Assembly (NCBI GenBank): GCA_041659765.1
Contig: JBAZXR010000001.1
Location: 387,419-451,418, forward strand
Source: Patescibacteria group bacterium
GTDB taxonomy: Bacteria > Patescibacteriota > Patescibacteriia > UBA9934
Length of the DNA stretch: 64,000 nt
Direction: 5' to 3'
The notes beneath the pieces were generated by a model. It was given only the letters and a program-made list of their open reading frames with translations, was not told the DNA's origin and made no database searches. Shown here piece by piece: positions 57,191 to 64,000 of the stretch; position 1 is the first letter of the stretch; every line of letters begins with the position of its first letter. The position numbers were made by a program, and so were the translations under genes.

Positions 57191-57303
57191 GAAACCCCCA
57201 AAATGGTCGTCTTCTGCCCGGAATGGGTGGATGACGAACGGGAAAGGTTAGCAAAATTATGTGAAATTGTCAACCAAAATGGTGCTAAAGCTGGCTAAAA
57301 CTT

Positions 57304-57335
57304 TGACAATTTACGGTTTGCCCTATATACTTCCG
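57304..57335 (+). promoter_or_regulatory. sigma70 promoter upstream of typA (TTGACA-N17-TATATA/TATACT)
   Basis: TTGACAATTTACGGTTTGCCCTATATACT. Confidence 0.5.
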
Positions 57336-57342
57336 CCCACTT

Positions 57343-59154
57343 ATGGAATTCCGAAATATTGCAATTATTGCTCACGTTGACCACGGTAAGACCACGCTTG
57401 TGGACGCCATGCTCAAGCAATCCGGTACGTTCAATGAACGTGACGTGATTGAGAATTGTGTCATGGATAGTAACGAGCTTGAACGCGAGCGCGGCATTAC
57501 CATTTATGCCAAGAACACCGCCATTGTGGTGGATGGCATTAAGATCAACATTGTTGATACCCCAGGCCACGCTGACTTCGGCTCTGAAGTAGAACGCGTG
57601 CTCCGTATGGTGGACTCGGTGCTGTTGCTGGTGGACGCCTACGAAGGCCCGATGCCGCAGACAAAGTTTGTGCTCCGCAAGTCGCTCGCCCTCGGTCTTA
57701 AGCCGATTGTGGTGATTAACAAGATCGACAAGCCAACGGCTCGCCCAGACTGGGTGCTGAACCAGATTTTCGATTTGTTCGTCGAGCTCGGCGCCACGGA
57801 TGCCCAGCTTGATTTCAAGCACATCTACTCTATTGGACGCGATGGCATAGCTAAGATGGAGCTGACGGACGAGAGCAAGGATCTTCGCCCGCTGTTCGAT
57901 TTGATTTTGAAGACTGTTCCCCCAGCTAAGAGTGAAACTGAAAAGCCGATGCTCATGCAGGTAGCGAACCTTAAATACGATAACTACGTTGGTCGTATTG
58001 CGGTTGGTCGAATTGTTGAGGGTATTGTAAAGATGAACTCGACCGTTACCGTTATTAAACAGGACGGCACGCGCTACACCGGCAAGATCACGAAGCTTTA
58101 CACCCACCAGGGTTTGACGAAGGTAGAAGTGAACGAAGCTGTGGCTGGCGACATTGTGCAGGTGGCCGGTTTCCCGGACATTTACGTAGGCGAAACGATC
58201 GCCGAGTCTCCTGATGCTGAAGCTTTGCCGACTCTCGCTATCGACGGCCCGACCTTGACCATGAACTTCATGCCGAACTCTTCCCCGTTTGCGGGACGAG
58301 AAGGCTCGCTTGTTACTTCTCGCCAGATTCGCGAGCGTTTGGAACGCGAGCTTGAAATCAACGTTGGACTCCAGGTTGCTTTCCCGGAAAGCGATGGTGA
58401 GTTCCGTGTTTCTGGCCGCGGTGAAATGCACCTGGCAATTTTGATCGAACAGATGCGCCGCGAAGGCTTTGAGCTCCAGGTGTCCCAGCCGCAAGTAATC
58501 ATGAAGACGGAAAATGGCGTGAAGATGGAACCCATGGAATCGGTAGTGATTGACGTACCGGATGAGTACGCCGGCTCAGTGATTGAAAAGCTCGGCAAGC
58601 GTAAGGGTGACATGACGAACATGATGAGCGAAAACGGTTCAACCCGTTTGGAGTACACCATGCCAACCCGCGGTATTCTTGGCTTCCGCACGGAGTTCAT
58701 GACGATTACCAAGGGCCAAGGTACGTTCTCCCACATTTTCTCCGGCTATGCTCCGCATAAGGGCGAAATCACCCGCCGCACTTCCGGCTCCATCATCTCC
58801 GGTGAAACCGGTAAGACCACACCGTACGCTCTCGCTATGGTCCAGGAACGCGGTGCCATGTTCGTGGCTCCTGGTACGGAAATTTACGAGGGCATGGTGA
58901 TTGGCGAAAGCGCCAAGGAAACCATGACCGTGAACGCGGTCAAGGAAAAGCAGCTGACCAACATGCGTGCCTCTTCCGCTGACCATATCGTCGTGATTAC
59001 TCCAGCGATCGACATGAACTTGGAACGTGCTCTCGAATACATCGACTCCGATGAATACGTGGAAGTCACGCCACAGAACGTCCGCATGCGCAAGAAGTAC
59101 CTGACCGAAACAGAACGCAAGCGCTCGGGTAGATCCAACGCGAATGATGTTTAA
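57343..59154 (+). CDS. typA: translational GTPase TypA/BipA
   Basis: [28 protein letters not shown]. It has an EF-G-like domain architecture and is 603 aa. A terminator hairpin CCCTCCG-cacattga-CGGAGGG+T7 lies at 59157-59197. Confidence 0.9.
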   Translation: MEFRNIAIIAHVDHGKTTLVDAMLKQSGTFNERDVIENCVMDSNELERERGITIYAKNTAIVVDGIKINIVDTPGHADFGSEVERVLRMVDSVLLLVDAYEGPMPQTKFVLRKSLALGLKPIVVINKIDKPTARPDWVLNQIFDLFVELGATDAQLDFKHIYSIGRDGIAKMELTDESKDLRPLFDLILKTVPPAKSETEKPMLMQVANLKYDNYVGRIAVGRIVEGIVKMNSTVTVIKQDGTRYTGKITKLYTHQGLTKVEVNEAVAGDIVQVAGFPDIYVGETIAESPDAEALPTLAIDGPTLTMNFMPNSSPFAGREGSLVTSRQIRERLERELEINVGLQVAFPESDGEFRVSGRGEMHLAILIEQMRREGFELQVSQPQVIMKTENGVKMEPMESVVIDVPDEYAGSVIEKLGKRKGDMTNMMSENGSTRLEYTMPTRGILGFRTEFMTITKGQGTFSHIFSGYAPHKGEITRRTSGSIISGETGKTTPYALAMVQERGAMFVAPGTEIYEGMVIGESAKETMTVNAVKEKQLTNMRASSADHIVVITPAIDMNLERALEYIDSDEYVEVTPQNVRMRKKYLTETERKRSGRSNANDV

Positions 59155-59250
59155 ATAAAAAGACCCTCCGCACATTGACGGAGGGCTCTTTTTTTGCTAG
59201 CCTTACATGTCTCCTTATGGAGATTCCTTCACAATCACCCAGGAGTTTTC

Positions 59251-60594
59251 ATGGAAAAGTCAGCTAGGAATATCATAACCTTTAGAGGTGAATTCCCTGA
59301 TTCTCTGCTCGTTCCCGCCAAGATGATCGCCGACGCGTTAGCTCCGTACGACGCCCTCACTGATGCGTTTGAACAGCCGGGTGACACAATCGCCCTGTTC
59401 GAACTACTTGATCTAGAAGGTTGTTTCACCGAAGAGCTCATCCGCCACATCCCCGCTGGCGCCAGTCTGCTCAACGAATACTCCGTCAGCCAAATCAAGG
59501 TCTGTAGGTCGCTGCGCGAACACCGCCGGTATCTCCAGCGACTCAACAACTCGCTGAAACGCATCATGCGCGAGCTTAAGGCAAACGGCTTTCCGATCAC
59601 GTGCATACTGCTGAACGAGATGATCGCGACCATGGATCATCAGGATCTCGGGACACAAATTCAGTCCATGGGACTAATGGCCACCAAAACAGCTCGGCAT
59701 GAGAGCAGCGTGGCTTACAAGATCCCACCCGGCGACGTTATTCGGTCAAACCGCGACTTCGCCTGGTACGAAATCGCCGAGGCAGCCAGCCGAACGCCTC
59801 AAAACAAGTTCAAGACCATCATCGGAATGAAAACCGTACGGGACATGATGAAAACGGTCGACCTCCTGTTTCTGAAACGCAAGGCCGTCTCTATGAAGTA
59901 TCGGTTCGCTGTTGGACTCAACGTTCCACATCTCACTTTCTGCTTCATGGCGAGCAATCACTTGCTCAGCGTCTGCAAGCTCGCAGCCATAGACATCAAG
60001 ACCAAAACAATCGTGGCCGACGCGGAAGTTGCCAGGGACAACGGCGAAATCACCTTCGCCGGATGCAATTTTCTGTCTGTCGCCACAGCCTTTCAAGTGT
60101 TCAACGCCAAGCGCGGGTATATGTTTTTGCGCGACATCGTGTCAGCGAACCTATACGCGTTACTCACTGAGGGCCAGATCCAGGAACGCGAATACATTAC
60201 AGAGACCGAAACGGGACCAAACGTGCCTGCAGATGTGCCTATCGCCGTAACCGGCGTCCTCGAAAACGCACAGCAGGCAGAACAGACGGTCGGAACCTCA
60301 ACCGCGGATGTGACTGAGCGGTTGTCCGAGGAAACACCACCAGAGGTCTGTGTTCCCTCGCCCACGGTGGTGGGCAAAGGACGGTTCGGCTACCGCAACA
60401 TCCTCGCCACGCTGTTCCGGTTCGGAGTGACTATAGAAAAAGGGGGCCGACACGTGAAACTAAGGTTCGGGGATAAAACCACCCCATTCCTGAACCGGCA
60501 TCAGAAAGAAGATCCAGTTCACAACAGACTAAACCTGTTCCGTGCTCTGGAGGCTCTCGGCATTCCGAAAGACCAGTTCGTCAGCTCACTGTAA
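59251..60594 (+). CDS. hypothetical protein with C-terminal HicA/YcfA-like domain
   Basis: The likely start is MEKSARN. The C-terminal EKGGRHVKLRFGDKTTPFLNRHQKEDPVHNRLNLFRALEALGI resembles the HicA toxin fold (G.H..L.....T..VP.H....L..G.L..IL..LGI). Confidence 0.35.
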   Translation: MEKSARNIITFRGEFPDSLLVPAKMIADALAPYDALTDAFEQPGDTIALFELLDLEGCFTEELIRHIPAGASLLNEYSVSQIKVCRSLREHRRYLQRLNNSLKRIMRELKANGFPITCILLNEMIATMDHQDLGTQIQSMGLMATKTARHESSVAYKIPPGDVIRSNRDFAWYEIAEAASRTPQNKFKTIIGMKTVRDMMKTVDLLFLKRKAVSMKYRFAVGLNVPHLTFCFMASNHLLSVCKLAAIDIKTKTIVADAEVARDNGEITFAGCNFLSVATAFQVFNAKRGYMFLRDIVSANLYALLTEGQIQEREYITETETGPNVPADVPIAVTGVLENAQQAEQTVGTSTADVTERLSEETPPEVCVPSPTVVGKGRFGYRNILATLFRFGVTIEKGGRHVKLRFGDKTTPFLNRHQKEDPVHNRLNLFRALEALGIPKDQFVSSL

Positions 60595-60604
60595 CAACGT
60601 AAAA

Positions 60605-60650
60605 GGCCGTCCGGACGCAAGTCTGGACGGCCTCATTCTTTTTAATAATC
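60605..60650. terminator. bidirectional terminator between the HicA-like protein gene and rpoD
   Basis: GGCCGTCCGGAC-gcaagt-CTGGACGGCC with T-runs on both sides. Confidence 0.6.
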
Positions 60651-61916
60651 CCTCAGCTTCTGAATAATTTCCTTCTGCTGAATCTTCTCAAGGGCCTTCG
60701 CCTCAATCTGACGAATGCGTTCGCGGGTGACGTCGAATTCGCGACCCACTTCTTCGAGCGTATGGGACACGCCGTCTTCCAGGCCGAAACGCATTTCAAG
60801 GATCTTCTGTTCGCGGGGCGTGAGGTCACGCATGGCCTCGAGCACGTAGTCCTTAAGGAGCTGGCGGGCAGCGGCTTTGTCTGGGGACAGATTCTTCACG
60901 TCAACCACGAAGTCGCCGAGCGTAGAATCATCGTCATCATCACCTACCGAAGTATCAAGCGAAACAGTTTCCTGGGAGATTTTTTGGATGTGCTGAACCT
61001 TCTCAAGCGCGAGCCCCATTTCTGCGGCCAGTTCTTCGAGCAATGGTTCACGGCCAAGATCCTGAATGAGGCGGCGCTCAACCTGTTTGTAGCGGTTGAT
61101 CGTCTCCACCATGTGAACCGGAATACGAATGGTCCTAGATTGGTCGGCCAGCGCGCGGGTAATGGCCTGGCGAATCCACCACGTGGCGTACGTAGAGAAC
61201 TTGTAGCCTTTGCGGTACTCGAACTTTTTAACAGCTCGAAACAAGCCGACGTTACCTTCCTGAATCAAATCGAGAAGTGACAATTGCTTGCCGACGAACT
61301 TCTTGGCAATAGAAACCACAAGACGCAGGTTCGCCTCAATCAAACGACGCTCTGCTTCTTTCTCGTTGCGTTCTTTGCGCTTGGCGAGGGCGACTTCTTC
61401 TTCGGCGTTCAAGAGTGGAATCTTGCCGATCTCGCGCAAGTACATCTGAATAGAATCCTGCGTCAGCTCGGACGAGAGGACGCTGTCAGACTTCTTATCT
61501 ACCGTCATGCGCAGCTTCTCGTACACGTCGTCACGGCTCTTGCCGCCGCCGAGCAATCCGCCCTGCATTTCTACGAAGTGCAAACCTTTCTTTTCGAGAC
61601 GATCAAGAAACTCGTCGAACAATTCGAGATGATCCTCAATGTAATTAAAAGCAAACATCACTTCACTTTCCGTCACGAAGCCGCGGGTCATGCCACGCTC
61701 TACCAGACGAGCCATAGCCTCTTCTGTAGGCGGCGGGCTCTTTTTGTCAACAATGAGCTTCACTGGCGGCTGTTTAGCGCCGTCCTTAAAAACCTTAGAA
61801 GATTTCTGAACTTTCTTAAGGCTTGCTACCGGCTTTCTAGCTGGCGAGCTCTTGCCCTTCACTGCCGGCTTCTTAACCACTGGCTTTTTAAAAACAACTG
61901 ACTGTTTCTTCGCCAT
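60642..61916 (-). CDS. rpoD: RNA polymerase sigma-70 factor RpoD
   Basis: Region 2 to region 4 are conserved ([29 protein letters not shown]; region 4 [26 protein letters not shown]). The start is probably MAKKQ at 61916. Confidence 0.85.
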   Translation of the reverse strand: MAKKQSVVFKKPVVKKPAVKGKSSPARKPVASLKKVQKSSKVFKDGAKQPPVKLIVDKKSPPPTEEAMARLVERGMTRGFVTESEVMFAFNYIEDHLELFDEFLDRLEKKGLHFVEMQGGLLGGGKSRDDVYEKLRMTVDKKSDSVLSSELTQDSIQMYLREIGKIPLLNAEEEVALAKRKERNEKEAERRLIEANLRLVVSIAKKFVGKQLSLLDLIQEGNVGLFRAVKKFEYRKGYKFSTYATWWIRQAITRALADQSRTIRIPVHMVETINRYKQVERRLIQDLGREPLLEELAAEMGLALEKVQHIQKISQETVSLDTSVGDDDDDSTLGDFVVDVKNLSPDKAAARQLLKDYVLEAMRDLTPREQKILEMRFGLEDGVSHTLEEVGREFDVTRERIRQIEAKALEKIQQKEIIQKLRDY

Positions 61917-61941
61917 AAAAAAAGACCGCGAGCCCGTGAAG

Positions 61942-63825
61942 TTATTCGCGGGGGTGCAGTAGAAGAGCAAAATCATCCATGAGCGCGGTCAAGCGGGCGT
62001 GATCTCCGGAAATTTCAGCTTCCCGAATTTCTGCCTCAAGTGCCTTCCGGCGGGACTTTTCTCGCTCGTCCTTAAAGAGAATAAGATGGCGGTCTACCTC
62101 GGCACGCACGTCTTTTGGCGGCAGACGGGCAAGCATCTCGTCAATCTTGAGTGCGAGGGCATCGAGCAGTTTGAGCAGCTCAGGTGCGTTCACACTCTCG
62201 AGATGTGCGCGTAGTCGTGTAAAAAGCGATTGCTTTTGGGGTGCGGCACTCAGTTCCGTTTGCGCGGAATTATATACCAGGTCCATATGAGTGTAAAGCG
62301 ACTTCCACGGATCCCGCAAAACCTCTGTGGGAACACGAGAAAGAATCTCCCCCGCCGCTTTCTCGTACTTGAAGCAAACGCCGAGGAGAAAGACGGCGGC
62401 TTGAGTAGGTTTGTCGAGATCTGGAGAGAAAGAAGGTTGCGGAGGTTGTGCAGGTTGAGCAGGTTTTGGAGTCTGACTTGCCTGAGCTTTGTCGGGGAAC
62501 GTCTTCACAACTTTATACCCCTGAGCCATGGTTCGTAAAACGTCGACGCTCACGTGCGTGGCGTCTGACAGGCGCATCAAATACAAGTGTCGTTCATCTT
62601 CTCGAGTAAGCCCCGCCACTTGTGGCAGAAGTTCGTCAACCAATCGACGGCGAGCCTCCACGCTTACGTCCTGCTTTTCATTGAATACTCGAAGGGTCTT
62701 TTCGAAATAATACTCAACAATCTCAATAGAGTGCGCCGCAATCTTTTGCCAGAGCTCGGGGTCTTTTCGGACAACATCATCTGGGTCCTTCCCGGCTCCT
62801 TCAGGAATCACGAGACAACGAATTGATACGTCGAGCGTCGGTTCTTTCTTCTGCAGTTCAAGCGCGAGGGCGAACACACGCTTGGCAGCGGCGAATCCGG
62901 CGGCGTCGTCATCAAGACAAAAAACCAAACGCTTTGTGTAACGGAAAAGCGTCCGGAGCTGCGTCTCGGTGAGGGCCGTGCCCGAACTCGCCACAACGTT
63001 TTCGACTCCCGCCATGTGGGACGCGATCACGTCCAGGTTTCCTTCAACAATAATTACTTCGCCCGCTTTTCGAATCCCCGACTTCGCCAAATGCAAACCA
63101 TAAAGGACAGCTCCCTTGTGATAAATGGGCGTTTCTGGAGAGTTGATGTATTTCGCTTCGTCCGGCAATCCTCCAGGCAATATGCGCGCTGTGAAGCCGA
63201 CCACGCGACCATTCGCGTCGGACAATGGAACCATCAAACGACTACGGAATCTGTCGATGAGTCCGGAACCGTTCTTACGACGATGACAAAGTCCACTTTC
63301 AACAAGCGCTCCCTCGGCAAATCCTTTCTTCTGCAAATGAAGCGCGAGGGCGTCCCAATCGTTCGTAGACGTGCCGAGACGAAATTTGATTTGCAGTGCT
63401 GGCGGAAATTTTCGCGTCAACAAATAATTGCGGGCAATTCCCGTGAGCGATGACGCGGCGAGGACGCCTTCGTAAAACTTCGTCGCCTCCTCATGAATTT
63501 TATAGATGACGTCTGCTCGATTGGCCTCGGCGGTCGGCTTGTACTCGGGAAGTTCTATGCCCGCGCGCTTGGCGAGCATTTTTAAGGCTTCGATAAAATT
63601 GAGTCCTTCCATCTCCATGACAAAAGAAAATACGTCTCCGCCTTTGTCACAGCCGAAGCATTTGAAAATCTGTCGCTCCCGAGAAACGTGAAAACTCGGC
63701 GAGCGCTCAGCATGAAACGGACACAGGCCCTTAAAAGCGCCCGAGCCCGCAGGCTTGAGCGTCACATACTCGGCAATCACTTCCGCAATATCGAGCTTTT
63801 GCTTGATCTCCTCTTTGGCGTCCAT
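61942..63825 (-). CDS. dnaG: DNA primase DnaG
   Basis: CHC2 zinc finger [13 protein letters not shown]...CFGC and TOPRIM motifs ([14 protein letters not shown]). The dnaG-rpoD order is conserved. Confidence 0.85.
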   Translation of the reverse strand: MDAKEEIKQKLDIAEVIAEYVTLKPAGSGAFKGLCPFHAERSPSFHVSRERQIFKCFGCDKGGDVFSFVMEMEGLNFIEALKMLAKRAGIELPEYKPTAEANRADVIYKIHEEATKFYEGVLAASSLTGIARNYLLTRKFPPALQIKFRLGTSTNDWDALALHLQKKGFAEGALVESGLCHRRKNGSGLIDRFRSRLMVPLSDANGRVVGFTARILPGGLPDEAKYINSPETPIYHKGAVLYGLHLAKSGIRKAGEVIIVEGNLDVIASHMAGVENVVASSGTALTETQLRTLFRYTKRLVFCLDDDAAGFAAAKRVFALALELQKKEPTLDVSIRCLVIPEGAGKDPDDVVRKDPELWQKIAAHSIEIVEYYFEKTLRVFNEKQDVSVEARRRLVDELLPQVAGLTREDERHLYLMRLSDATHVSVDVLRTMAQGYKVVKTFPDKAQASQTPKPAQPAQPPQPSFSPDLDKPTQAAVFLLGVCFKYEKAAGEILSRVPTEVLRDPWKSLYTHMDLVYNSAQTELSAAPQKQSLFTRLRAHLESVNAPELLKLLDALALKIDEMLARLPPKDVRAEVDRHLILFKDEREKSRRKALEAEIREAEISGDHARLTALMDDFALLLHPRE

Positions 63826-63834
63826 GGCGTCATC

Positions 63835-64000
63835 CTAGTCTATCGCACCTTCCTCCCGCAACCGCTCCTGTTTACGCTTTTCCCCGCCATTGTATGCTAC
63901 CTCTTTATAGGTCAAAACAGACCCTCGTGGGATCTGTTTGACGACTGCGTGGACTTTTTCAGAAAAGGTCATGAACTTATTTGCGGCCGAAAAATTTGGC
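63835..64000 (-). CDS. MGMT/Ogt-family DNA-binding domain-like protein, short or partial
   Basis: ...KVHAVVKQIPRGSVLTYKEVAYNGGEKRKQERLREEGAID* has the HTH (V..V..IP.G.V.TY..VA) and the C-terminal GG..K..LL..EG pattern of the alkyltransferase family, with no PCHRV active-site segment. The start is unclear (ATG at 63972, or upstream beyond the window). Confidence 0.25.
   Translation of the reverse strand, partial: PNFSAANKFMTFSEKVHAVVKQIPRGSVLTYKEVAYNGGEKRKQERLREEGAID

Overview
This is a 64-kb bacterial chromosomal segment with a baseline of roughly 50% GC by eye. Coding density is high and the taxon cannot be assigned by inspection.

Housekeeping genes (metG, rsmI, eno, pepA, engB, greA, typA/bipA, rpoD, dnaG, an ABC-F ATPase, a PIF1/RecD-like helicase) are interleaved with clearly accessory material:
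- a ~600-nt non-coding locus (4820-5425, +) bracketed by a near-consensus sigma70 promoter and an intrinsic terminator, of unresolved class (weak RNase P-like motifs)
- a HigB/HigA toxin-antitoxin pair (14616-15198, -)
- a cell-envelope glycosylation cluster (GT4, GT2, GT4, GT-D; 21.2-27.3 kb)
- a 1706-aa repeat-rich surface protein (27329-32449, -)
- a visibly AT-rich ~3.8-kb island abutting the 3' end of tRNA-Asn(GUU) (46.6-50.4 kb)
- a very GC-rich ~3.3-kb island encoding two paralogous Cys/Asp-rich repeat proteins (53.9-57.2 kb)

The AT-rich island carries a tightly coupled three-gene operon on the minus strand: a 660-aa protein with an unambiguous GHKL/Bergerat ATPase N-terminus and a C-terminal PD-(D/E)xK-like segment, then a 315-aa membrane-anchored protein, then an 80-aa two-TM protein. 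I regard this as the best candidate for an undescribed defence-type system in the window.

Two small genes missed by the ORF track (a PLDc_N family and an lmo0937 family membrane protein), several bidirectional terminators and a tRNA-Asn gene were found by eye. All coordinates and family calls come from reading the sequence and translations; no searches were run.
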